A stretch of 64,000 nucleotides of DNA from Toensbergia leucococca (Eukaryota), in contig JALDZS010000020.1 of NCBI GenBank assembly GCA_022813965.1, positions 1-64,000 of the forward strand, in the 5' to 3' direction. The notes beneath the pieces are model-generated. The model worked only from the letters and a program-made list of their open reading frames with translations. It was not told the DNA's origin and did not search any database. Position numbers and translations under genes: made by a program. Positions within the stretch are counted from its first letter, which is position 1. Each line of letters opens with the position of its first letter. Of the stretch, positions 38,654-50,487 are shown piece by piece.

Positions 38654-40954
38654 CTAACGCTGTGTACAGCGGCGGCCACTCGTAGAGAACAAGTTCTTAG
38701 CATACGTTCCATCGTAAGAAGAGGTATTGCGAGGAGTGGAGATGAAGGAGAGCCCGTTGATGGCTTGCTGATTTACCCGAGTACTTTGTGGTCTTGCCTG
38801 GGCATGATGACCTTGAAAGGATCCTCTAACGTCTCGAGGAACTTGCAGGGAAGGAGGGTATGAGGATGCATGGGTTTGCGCGATAGAGCTGGTGTTCTGA
38901 CGGCTGCTGAAAAAGGGACTTTTCAAGGATCCTTGGATATTGTTGGTTCGAAGGCCGAGTGGTTCGCGGTGGGGACGCAGTGATGCTGGTAATTGCGAAA
39001 GTGAACTGCTGCTCCGAGCGTTGACGAAGATGCCGCTGCGACGACTCGGAGTGTTTTTGTGTACAAGAGAGGGTGTCGGAGGTAGGAGACTGATCCTGCT
39101 TCTAGATGGGGAGATATTGTAACTCGTGTGCTGCTGGCGGGCTGGAACATACAAGGTGTTTTGATCGAGCTCTCCATCGTTGACAAGACGACCGTTGTAT
39201 TGAGTAGGATTTTGGACCAGGAGATTATCCACTGGACCAGGGAAACCGTCGTGATCACCCTCAATATCTGAAGGCATCGAGTGGTTGCTACTAGCATAAC
39301 TGTTTGGGTAATTAAGAACACGACTCACTGCGCTAGAAGCTTTGGATGTATGGTTGATGCCGACTGCGGCCGCGCTCTCCCTCTCTTCAAAGGTTCTTGA
39401 CTGTTGCACACATGGATCATGGATTTGTCTCGCGGGGACCCGATGCGCTTCGTAATTTTCCGTCTTTGATTGTAAGGGATAACCTCTCGGACGCATAAGG
39501 TGGAAAGCCGTATCTGGGTGATTACTTGAGATAGTAGGATAATCTTCAGAGTCGCTGCCAAGTCGAAATCCCTGCAAGTCACCCTTGACAAAGAAATCGG
39601 AATCTTCTTGACTTGGGGTCATGAGATTTGCTGGATTGGTTTGCCCGGGATATGTTGCGGGCTGGAATGCCTGAGCGTTCATGTTTGAAACAAAAGGAGG
39701 CGCCGGTCTAAGAATTTTGATAGGAAGAGCCGGCGGTGGCATTGCGTCTCTACTCTCTTCTCTTGCGAAAGTGCGAATACCATGTGCATATCTTGCTTGG
39801 CGTCCAAAGTCGCTCACGGATTCTACTCGCTTTCTCTTTTCCGAAGACCCCTCTCCTTGCTGCGCTACTTGAGCCTGGCCCAAGATTTTCGGTATGGAAC
39901 GGTATTGAGGTTCTCGAGTACCTGGTTCATTCCTCAATCCTGCTAAATCGGCAGCGCTGCCTCGAGCTAAGCGCGATCTGCTATCAAGGTTGTCGAAAGC
40001 TACAGTCGTACTATCGTCTACTAATGTACGAGGGCTTTCGAGCGTCGATGGACTGCCGTTGACAAGCTGCAGAGCATAGTCGACAGATGAAACATTCTGC
40101 CCTAAGTCAACCAGCCGTTGCCTACATTCTTGAAGCTCCCTAGGGTCGTACGTGTCAATGCCAACTTTTGGGTCTCGACTCGCTAGTACTTACTGCAGCA
40201 TTGGAGTGAAAGCCCCCATGTATCGCACAATTGTCGGCTTACGGTCATTCCAGCTCTTAAGCTGGTCTCTCAATCCAGATACTATTGTCTCCAAGGAAGC
40301 TTGCTCTTTCTTCATGGTCTCTTCGATTGCAGTCGCATATTGCTTATATTCATGTAGCTGATCTTCTACAGCGCTGAGTGTAGCATGCTTCTTCGAACCG
40401 TAGCGTAGAAGTGAGAGGTATTGGAACTAGATGATAGTAAGCAATGAGCCAAAGGCCATATCACAGGGTTGGGTTACTCGAAGAGCCTCCATTCCGGGAT
40501 CGTTACCACCAAGCTTGATTGGAGGCGTCTGGAAATAGGTCTTCGGAACATTTTCATCATATTCCCCTTTCGAAGCTCCGTTAATAGCATAAATTGCTTT
40601 AGCTGATGTATCTCCCTTCTCGATGCTACAAAGAGGGCATGGGGCCCGAGGCGCCTGACTCTGGGGGTAAAATGGGGCACCTGTGCGCAGCTCACATCAG
40701 ACCAAGGTTATGGAAGCATGTTAGTCAAAGCAACGCTCACCTCCTCCATCGAGATGCTTTCCACAGGTGAGGTGCGCACACTCAGTGAGCCAGAGCTTGG
40801 TGACCATTCCATTGTCTGGATCATTGCCTGTTCGAAGGCCCCGGTCGTTACTGGCTTCTGCATAGATTTCGGACAATGTGTCTTGGCAAATGGAGCAACT
40901 GAAAATCAGGTCAAGTGGTGCTAAATGCCGAGCTTGTGAGTTGAAAGAAGCCAT
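38654..40954 (-). CDS. N-terminal RING finger, coiled coil and disordered tail (Zip3/RNF212-like E3 ligase)
   Basis: CSIC..LWLTECAHLTCGKH..CPLC RING, then FQYLSLLRY and a heptad segment, then about 430 aa rich in S/P/Q. Confidence 0.65.
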
Positions 40955-41926
40955 ATTGAGCAGATTTCTGGGACGAGTACGTAACTGCAGGTCTTGGCTT
41001 TCCGTCAGATTTCTCCGACCGATCCCGAAGTAGCCGGCACGACTTTCGCCGTTACCTAGGGTTAGCATCCATTGAGAGACTGAACGAGGTCAGAAAGTGT
41101 ACAGAAGTGGAAGCTTTACCTTGCTGAATCAAGACATGTCCATATCAGTGTTGATGTTGATTTCAATGCCGAAATCAACGCAGAGACTGTTCTAGATAGT
41201 CAGCTTCCGACGAGGTGAAAGGAGTGTGTTTTGCCGTTAGGGTTAGCAACCATTAGCAGAACAAACGAGGTCACGTGATTGTATCAAGGATGGAAGATTT
41301 ACCTTGCAAGATAGACGCATAGTCATAGTATTATTAATGTTGATCTCAACATCCACAGGGACATTAATTGACTTTAGACGAGATTCAGGAGGTTGCTGTT
41401 CAGTAGTTGTCTGATGTTGCCTACCTATACCTTCCTATTTGTTGTATTAAATCGTCAGTAAATGTGTACGCGCAAAAGTCTCCGTTCCGAGTGTGTACAA
41501 TGATCGCGATGTAAGTCACACTCTGTGCATACTGTCTGCAACCTCGCAAGTTTCATGATGACGATGCTCAACTAGTTCAACAATGCTAATGTGGCTGCAT
41601 GTATTTCTAAATTAATTTGCAAAGTAGGAGCTACACCTGCCCAGGCTGCCCAGAACTTTTGGCATTATTTATCGAGGGTAAACAAGTGAACGATTAGGTT
41701 GGCAAGAAAGTGACGGGTCCTAAGTTGAGGAGTGTGAATGGGGAACGTAGAACATGAGCAATCAACGGTCTAAAAAATTAGGCCAATGGAAAGTCAGTGA
41801 ATGCGCTCCACGAGAGAGTCTTCATTCCGACTTCAAAGTGTGTATTGATGTTCATGACGTGAATGGTTGATACTCACGCTGGCTAAACACAGGAGACAAG
41901 CTAGCCTGAGGACTGTTCTCGTACCC

Positions 41927-42640
41927 CTACACAAAAGTTCGGCATGGATACCTGGGAGAACACAATTAGCAGTTGCTTCAGGCATAACAATGCTCCCAAC
42001 CTACTCCTCTGGAAAACCCTCCTCTCGATCAGCATCCATGACATAGTTCTTCCCTCCTTGGGCTGACACTCTACTCATGCCGCTAGGGAAAGGCGGTAGC
42101 CCATCTGGCCCGAAAATGCCGGTCATGTTCTTCTTCTCCTTTCCGAACAACGCCGCAAGTCCTTTTTCTTCCCCATCCTGCTTCACCTGTACCAATTGTT
42201 TTGCACCCGCTTCTCCAATTTGCAGTATATCGTCCTTCGGGCTCGCTCTACTCCCTACTGAGAGTAAGCCTACTACATCGGCTTGTTTGACGACACTCAA
42301 GCGCGGATAGCTGCGACGAATGTCTCGCTTATAATACGCATTTTCTGCGAGATCACCAGCAGGAACAGTTACTGGGTCATCATAAGCTTCTGGCGGATTT
42401 GATCCTGGTGGAGGATTTCGGTATTGGGGGTTTAGAGGAACACCAGTAGATCGATTGGGGTCAATAGCAAAGGCTCTCCGTATACGTTCCCAAACACCAG
42501 TGGATTGGACAGTGTATTTCTGCTTGGTATCAGCGCCAATTGTCTAGAGTATCCAGTATTTCTCCAACCTTCCAAACCGCAGTCGCGCCCCGAGCTGACT
42601 TCAGCTGTCTTGCAGCTCCTGCCGCAGCGTTCGTGGCCAT
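41927..42640 (-). CDS. NADH:ubiquinone oxidoreductase 21.3 kDa accessory subunit (NUZM/NDUFA7-like)
   Basis: KYTVQSTGVWERIRRAFAIDPNRSTGVPLNPQYRNPPPG..YDDPVTVPAGDLAENAYYKRDIRRSYPRLS; last exon YPCRTFV*. Confidence 0.88.
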
Positions 42641-44626
42641 CTATTGTCTGAGTAGATATCACTCCCTGCAAATTTGGTGATAAGCGAGTATCACGCTTAG
42701 AAAGGCCGACCTCAGGGAAGGGGCATTTCCAAAGTCTTACGTACCTTTTCCTAATCTGAGGTCCAGATGATGTCAGAAGACCATTACCATCCTGTCTCCA
42801 TCATCTTTGTCCGTGGTCTTCAACCGGAAGTACCTGGATCCGCTAGGCCTGATCTGGCGAGGTGCGTCGCTTGGGACCCGGCACCTTTCATCCGACATTA
42901 CCTCCCACCTCCCAGGAGCCTCCTTACCTTATGTTTCGAGCCTCACCTTTGTTTTGTGTTTATTTGAACTGGGTGTCTCTTATACTGCTGTGCTTTTCTG
43001 TCCGTGGTGAAGGTCTCTCAGTCAAAGAAATGCTGGTTGTCTACATTGACAGTCATCAACGACCAAATCGAAGAATCTTTTTGAATTGATTGAAACAACT
43101 ACGAGTTGTATACGGAGTAAAGCGTACTGGATTGTCTTTTTCCAATGTAGAGACAGAGTGAGAAACCCTGTTGCTCTAATCTGTTTTCTGCTAGACCCCA
43201 ATGTCCTCTATCTTCCAATACGATCTCTGATGTGACTCTCTACGCAAGCAGCAATCCACTCATTTCACTTCATTGTTGCGTGGCTAACTCCTATAGACGA
43301 ATCCAATGGTTCTAGCGATACGTCAGCTACTTACCTGCTTACCTAGATGAACCACCTTACCTAAGTTTCTGAGCTAGGCAAAAGCAATATCGGCTAAGCC
43401 GACAGACCAGCTTGCAATGAGAATCAAGCCCGAAACTCTGGTGCTGTTGTTGATACGGAGGTATCTTTGGATTTACAGCTGAAGCTTAGGGATACGCATT
43501 GGTGATTGTTGAGCTATTCTGTTTCTATCTGCACTCTAATCTCCACGGGTTGGTTTAAATTGACTCAGACACGAATGCTATCAGTACTTCTCGGCGATAT
43601 AGGTTCAAGTTCCTACAGAAGCCATCGAAAGTGTATGGACCGGGAATGTTTAATCGATATTCCCTATTCTTCAATACCCAGTAGAGAACCTTTCAGCCCG
43701 GTGCTTTGCGCTTTACCTCAGACACAACAGTCAGAGTATAATCCAAATCCGAAAGTAGTGGTCCTAAATCCATGCCTACGACTGCCTGTAGTAGTTAATT
43801 GGCCATATACTCAAGTGCTATGCTTGGGCATCTTAGCCCCATATGCAGTAGGCAAAGTCCTTTCGTTGTGGGGCAAGCATTGGACTAGGTTCAAAGCAGA
43901 AAGATTTACAATTGTCATCAGGAGCTTAACGGTGGTGATGGCGAGTTTGCTGCTTCCCTAGTGATGTTCAGACAATTGTCAAACCGCTGTCAAATGACGC
44001 AGCAGTTTTTCCTCAGCCACCAAGCTGATTTGAATTCTGTCAGAATAACAATGAAGCTAGCTAGGATTTAGGTACCGAGATAGCTGAAGGAAGCAACGTC
44101 CATGTTAGAATGACTTCAGCTAAAAAGCGATCCTACCGAAGTATCAAAGCGTTGTACTAGACTATTATGGATTGAGTGTCAAAACGTCAATGCACCCCAC
44201 CACTAGTCGATTGCCCAATGGTGAATGATTTGGTAAATGATTTTATGTTGCTTTAGTGAAACCAGGCATCAAGTCAAGGATTCGTCCCATTTATCTGAGG
44301 CTCCAAGTCGGAACTCCAGGCATCCGAGGAACTGTCATTAGTACATCAAGACCCAAGTCTTCCGATCAAGGTGCTTTCTCTTGAAGGACATATGCCTAGT
44401 TCAGGTAGCACAACAAAGGCTTCTTCTTACCTAATACCCAAGTCTATGAAGTTCTGCTAGGTTCCTTTCCCCCCTTACTAGGAAGAGTAGTAACCGATCT
44501 GTGCGTTTGGAGTTGCGTCTATGAACCAGACCATAGTTTCTTTGGCGCGTGGAGAAGAGAGGCTTGAGAGAATTTGGCCATAAGGTATCGACAAGGTGTA
44601 TGCCAAGGAGAACTAGTTATCCGGAT

Positions 44627-45100
44627 TCAGACTTTGTATTCTGAACTCACTACTGCAAGCCATTTTTCTTCGACGTGTATAGAGTAGGTTGACTGATTCC
44701 GTTGAGGCAAGTCCATGATGAAGTCCCTTACACCTGTAATCGTCTTCATTTTAACACCATTTGGACTCTCCATGTATGCTGGATTCTGAATTCTGGACGC
44801 TCTAAAAGCAACGGCGGAGACGATTTCTGTATGATGGACTCTGAGTTCTGTAGTGATTGTTCCAAGGCTTAAGTCAATTGATTGACACACTGTCACTGCC
44901 ATACAGGAGTTCGGGAACATCTCGCCAAGTTTGGATCGTCACATTCCGTGTCAGAAAGACCAATGACGAGTTCAGGGGGCGTTTCTAATACTACCAATAG
45001 GGTAGTGAGTAGCCTCTCCGCCAGGGCCCGCTCTCAGATACTATCTTGCAGATCAGCTTGGCTAGATCCAAATCCCAGAGAATCATCTCTCAGCTGTACG
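44627..45100 (-). pseudogene. Possible WD40-repeat gene remnant
   Basis: Disrupted frames with MILWDLD and DLSLGTITTELRVHHTEIVSAVAF, resembling WD40 blades; stops and frameshifts between them. Confidence 0.25.
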
Positions 45101-45387
45101 AGATGAGCAAGGTGAACATACAACGCTTTGACATGTGTCATGAGGGTTCTGGTTCAAGATGGCTGAGCTAGCGGTCAGCTGTTCAGACAGCACTTGCGAT
45201 GTGAATTTGACTGACAGCAACATGGATGATGAATGTAAATGACGATATGCTTAGGCTAACAGCTTGGTCTCGTTCAGTGCTGGGTTTTGTCCATAAAAAG
45301 CCTTATTTCTCCTGTTGGGGGCGAATTGAATGCTTTCCAGGTAAAGCAGCACACAACACTATTTTCATATAGTAGTATTTCACCAAA

Positions 45388-46779
45388 ATGTCTTCCACGA
45401 CGCCATCCCCGCTTATAGGCCCAAACTTATCCCTTCATCCCATGGCACATAAAAGCCCAAACGCTTCATCACCTACAGTCTTAGTAGTAGGAGGAGGCGT
45501 TACCGGCCTGATTACCGCGTGGGTCCTTCTTGATAGAGGCTATCACGTTACCATTGTCTCCAAGGAATGGGCCTCATACACTAACGAGCAACGCCTGACC
45601 TCGCAGATTGCAGGCGCGCTATGGGAGTATCCACCTGCAGTTTGTGGACAGCATACGGACGCCATCTCGTTACTGAAATCGAAACGATGGTGTATGGTTG
45701 CATATAGGATCTGGGATGCCATTGCAGCCGATCCGGATTTGGGAGCGCTTTCTGGGGTCAAGATGAGAAAGTCAAGCTTTTATTTCCCTTACGCCATCGA
45801 AGAGGATCCGAAGCAGCTATCGAAAATGCTGGAAATCGAGAGAAGCGGTGTCCGAGGATTTCGTCATGATTCGAGTCTCATACATAAGCGAGACATCAAT
45901 CCAGACTTTGGGGTCGTTGATGCGTATGAGCACTTAGCACCGATGATCGATACAGATCGGTCTATGGAGTGGTTAATGGTGCTCATTCAAAGTAAGGGAG
46001 CGAAGCTTTTTACGGAGACAATCCATGGTGATCTGTTCCACCAAGAAAATGAGCTACTCGAGCGCTTCAATGCCAACGTCATTGTGAACGCCACAGGTCT
46101 TGCAGCTTCAGAACTCGCAGCAGATGCGACATGCTATCCCTTGCGAGGTGCTTTGCTTCGAGTCGTGAACGACGGCAGAGACTTTCCTAAAATTGAGACC
46201 GCAATGGCGATCACAGCAGATGCCTCTAGTTCCAATGAGATCGTATTCATTGTCCCGAGGAACGATGATATCCTCTTGCTTGGCGGTATTGCTCAACCGA
46301 AAGAGATGAAGTTAGATCTCACGCTCAACGCGCCGGTTATCGACCGTATGCGCGCACGCTGCGTAGGATTCCTACCAGGACTGGCCAATGCACGTTTAGA
46401 CCCAGACTACCCCTTTGCCCAAGGCTTGCGGCCTGCTCGCGAACGCAACATACGGGTTGAGCGAGAACAGAGGCAAAGACATATGCGACTGGATGGAAGG
46501 ACAAAGCTCAAACCGAGCCGGATTGTCCACTCATATGGCCACGGGGGTTCCGGGTGGAGTTTGTCGTTTGGATGCGCAGGCGATGTGGCCATGCTGGTCG
46601 AGGAAGCTTTGCGTGATGAAACAGCGGATGCGGTGGAGTTGAACGAGCTGGAACTTGAACGATCAATCCACCGTCATACAACTCAAGCAATCAACTTACT
46701 ACCCTTGAACGAATACCCTGAAAAGCTGCAAATTGGGCGTAATGATTATCCGAAACCGGAGAATCGATCAAGACTTTGA
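45388..46779 (+). CDS. FAD-dependent D-amino-acid oxidase family protein, intronless, PTS1
   Basis: VVGGGVTG Rossmann motif, VNATGL, GLRP, HSYGHGGSGWSLSFGCA DAO signature; ends -SRL. Confidence 0.88.
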   Translation: MSSTTPSPLIGPNLSLHPMAHKSPNASSPTVLVVGGGVTGLITAWVLLDRGYHVTIVSKEWASYTNEQRLTSQIAGALWEYPPAVCGQHTDAISLLKSKRWCMVAYRIWDAIAADPDLGALSGVKMRKSSFYFPYAIEEDPKQLSKMLEIERSGVRGFRHDSSLIHKRDINPDFGVVDAYEHLAPMIDTDRSMEWLMVLIQSKGAKLFTETIHGDLFHQENELLERFNANVIVNATGLAASELAADATCYPLRGALLRVVNDGRDFPKIETAMAITADASSSNEIVFIVPRNDDILLLGGIAQPKEMKLDLTLNAPVIDRMRARCVGFLPGLANARLDPDYPFAQGLRPARERNIRVEREQRQRHMRLDGRTKLKPSRIVHSYGHGGSGWSLSFGCAGDVAMLVEEALRDETADAVELNELELERSIHRHTTQAINLLPLNEYPEKLQIGRNDYPKPENRSRL

Positions 46780-47721
46780 GACAAGGTATGCTTTTGCTTT
46801 GGTAGGCATGGGAAATATCTCTCATGAGCTGTAAAAAGGGATTGACTTCAGCGAGCTTTATTCGTACTTCTCGTAGCCTTCAATAAAATTCCTGGGACTT
46901 TCATGATCTGAAGCGATCATTCTTTCTGTTGAGCACGTACTTGGGGTTTCTAGAGTTCCAAACATTGATCAAGCTACGCCAGGCTGATAGCGAAATTGAA
47001 TGTGGCGTCCGATTAATGAGCCATGACTTCTTCAAATTATTTGAGTCACTAAAGACGAGCCCTTCTCTGAAGGAACACAATGCTGAATGGTCGGGAAAAT
47101 ATTCTGCTTGGTGCATCAGGCGAAATGCTGACAGCGCAGTTATTATCCTTCTGCTCTCACATCGTTAGAACACACCGCCATTGGGAAATACAAAGTGCAA
47201 GACAGACAAGTCATCGAGAAGAAATCAAAGTGGTAGGGAAACCAATACACAAAGAGAGAAGATTTCATTCACAGGTTTCTTGCAAATATTCCTTGGTATT
47301 GAGAACTTAGTACCTAGTGGAGAACCTTAGCAGATGACAAAGGAAATCGAGATAGTGGATCTAGATAGGAGATTATCCAAGTTGACATCTCAATGTATGT
47401 GGCTGATATTGAAGAACACCATTCTCGCACTTTTTCCCACGCTTTTCCCGCATGATCTGATAGAACAAGAGTGTAGTGATGCATGACAAAAGCACCTGTG
47501 CATGCGAGGTTGATCAGTATGATCTTATGAAGACTAAAATTCTCGAAATAGCTTTGTATGGATGTATTAGCAGGCTGCAGAAAATTCCAAGGAGACCTCA
47601 ATTCATAGGGAAGAGGACAGGTGCCGATTGTACTGAGCCAGCACCCTAAAAGTCATCTACAAACGGCACAATAGCAATCGCCGTCTGTATGTCCACTCAC
47701 GAAGATAATCTAAACATCACT

Positions 47722-48514
47722 CTAAGTATCAACTGTATCCTCTTCGATCTCTTTCTCCACCTTCTCTCCCTCGGCTATATTGCCTACATCCTCACTGACA
47801 CTAGTAGCCCCTATAAGTTTCCGGACAACTGTAACGGTGGCTGCAGGTCCACCAGCTTCGGCAGCGAGAACTGTTCCGTCCTTACCTACGACGAATACAC
47901 CGCGTGTAGTCCCTTTCGGAGCTTTCTTCATGCCAATAGCAGCAATAAGTGTGGCTGAAGGATCGCAAAGAAGCGAGTACGGAAGATTCTGCCGCCTCTT
48001 GAATGTTGCATTAGACTTTGGAGAATCCGTGGATATTCCGTATATGGAGTAGCCTGTGGATGTGAGTGGCGTAAACTCATCTCTGAACATGCAGGCTTGT
48101 GTAGTACCTAGATGCCGTTAGCCCCCCTTGAAATCATACGTGCATATCTTTCCAGAGAAGACAGCCCGCTTGCATAACGAAGGTGCTTGACAGATCACAT
48201 CGTCGATGTCAAGGAAAAGAAGACCTACACCCGGGAGTCGACGCCTTGGGGTACGTGAAGAGCACCACTCCACCCTCACTGTCATCTACCAACTTCTGTA
48301 ACGTCGTCTTCTCACCATCATGAGTCTCAACTTCACCGCCAAAGCCTTCCAGGTTGATAGGTTCGCCGATAGTCAATGCGCCATTGGCGGAGGAAGTGTT
48401 TTTAGTCTCGACCTCAGCTTTAGATTTGGAAGCCGTTGGCTTGACGGAATTGGTCTTCTTGGCTGAAGGCGCCGGTGCAGGTTCGGGCGCCTTACGTTTA
48501 CGTAGCTCAACCAT
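47722..48514 (-). CDS. DOT5: Nuclear thiol peroxidase, BCP/PrxQ family
   Basis: YPKASTPGC|TTQAC (PxxxTxxC plus resolving Cys), N-terminal MVELRKRK NLS. Confidence 0.88.
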
Positions 48515-49218
48515 GTTGCCGACGTCGGAGAGTTGAAGGGCAGGTGCGGGGGCTTTGGTTTACAAACTGGCAACAAGGCCCTCCAGAGACAGCAGACCAC
48601 GGGGAGGAAATGCACTTCGCTGCGAAGTGCAAGTTGATATCAGTCTTGTACCATATGGTGAAACAGAAGGGGTGTGGAAGTCAAATGATTTCTAGGGGCT
48701 GAAATGACTCAAATGCAAGCCCGAGGTTTCATGGCTTTAAACTTGGGCGATAGCCAAATACGATAGCAACCAGTCATGCCGCGCATTGTAAACGCAAGCG
48801 CAAGGAAAGGCCGACAGGGACAGGATCGAGGATGATCATTTAAAGACGACTCTACTCGTACTGGCACAGTTGCACAAGACCGTGGAATAAAGCACATCAG
48901 AAATCCGACCCTGCTCGGAAGCGTGTCATCGGCGCAAAGGACTCTCTGCCCCTTTGGGGATAGCCGCCGGTATTTCCCGCTGAGTATCATCGATGGCGCT
49001 AGTGACAAGACACCCGAGGAGAAGACAACCTCACAAGTAGGCCTACTGACAAGTATGCAAGAAATCTTGCGATTTAAGAGTACTTGAGGTACGGCGACTT
49101 TCATAACCTCTATCATTGAACTATTATTACAATCCTCTGCACGTCAGTGCCCCCACCCTGGACTCTGCCATCCCTTTGTAATCTACGGACATCGACTCGT
49201 ATCCATCTCGCCACCAGC

Positions 49219-49856
49219 ATGAAAGTCTTTTCTTCAGATTGCACCTTCAACTACTCCTGGGAAGAAGTCTCGACTGCGAATTGGAGGAAGTACTGTCCAT
49301 GGAACGGCAAATCTAGCCATGTCATGGCTGTCGACACTCTCTCACGATCCCTCGATCCATCCACGGGAATAGTATGCTCTTCCATATTCCCTTCTAAACA
49401 CGTGCTTACTAAATTTCTCAATACTAGTTACGAACTGAGCGCCTGATCACTTGCACGCAAACTGCCCCGGCTTGGGTGCTCGCCCTGCTTGGCGGCTCCT
49501 CCACTTCTCATGTCTACGAAACCTCTTACGTCTCCCCCATCGACAAACGCGTCATAATGTGCTCCACAAATCTCACGTGGTCGAATATTTTGAATGTTCG
49601 AGAGACTGTCGTTTACCAGCCCCACAAAGATTCTTCATCGCCAGGTCACGAGAGAACACAGTTTAAGCAAGACGCAAAGGTTACGGCGTTATGTGGTGGA
49701 TGGCAGAAGATCAGAACCAAGATTGAGGAAGCGACAGTTGAGCGATTTGGCCAGAACGCCCGCCTGGGCAAAGAAGGATTTGAGGACGTTTTAGAGATGA
49801 GCAGGAGGGTTTTCGGGGAAGAAATGGAACAGCAGAGAAAAGGGCAGCTTGTCTAA
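49219..49856 (+). CDS. UPS2: PRELI/MSF1 lipid-transfer protein (Ups2/Ups3-like)
   Basis: MKVFSS..FNYSWEEVSTANWRKY, HVMAVDTLSR, LRTERLITC, STNLTWSNILNVRE, RFGQNA..GKEGF. Confidence 0.85.
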
Positions 49857-50487
49857 AAGAACCACAGCTAATCTTCTGGGCTTAAACATGACTCTACGTG
49901 GGGATTAATCTCTTGACGGCCGGTTGCATTCGTGCTCGACATTAGCGGGTTTTCGGGCTCTATGCATAGCAAGGAGTAAGAGAATACTCGGTATGGGAAA
50001 AAGTGCTGTGATTGGCGTTCCCAGGGGAAGAACCGCTTTGAACTCGCGCGTCGGACTTCTGCATCGTGCCTGCGCATAGCGCGGTGTTATTACTTCATTC
50101 TAGACTTAGAAGCAAGCTCTTTATGGATGATATGGAATCCCTTCCGTGGATCTGCACCAAGTCATGGCTGAAAAAATAGGGCTTCGGTAATACATTCGCC
50201 TAATACCCATTTAGCCTGGTCCATGAGATCTGCGACCATGCTGCTTCTACCCAATTGTTAAATATGATCATGAAAGGCGGAAAAGCATCAATCGGAATTG
50301 TAAGCAAATCAGCCCCTCGAATTTATGTCAATGCACATACACATCAAACGCCTATCCACGTAGTACTTTGTCGTTTTCTCAGATGCATTAGTAGCCAACA
50401 TGGACTTGGAACAGCTCCTATCAATCCTCCCAATTGGTCTCTGGTGACTGATCGCCGGCCCTATGACGGACCAAGGTAGATGTTCTA

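Noticed and set aside
41236..41248. CTAACCCTAAC (minus strand), identical to a TTAGGG telomerase RNA template
   Set aside because: It coincides with the GCTAAC branch site of a duplicated intron, and no other telomerase RNA elements were recognisable
42980..43090. TGCTGGTTG and ATCTTTTTGA resembling U4 snRNA stem I and an Sm site
   Set aside because: The 5' stem II complementarity to U6 is missing
43900..44190. Cluster of TGTCA pentamers (possible homeodomain sites)
   Set aside because: Short motif, more than 1 kb from any start codon, no supporting evidence
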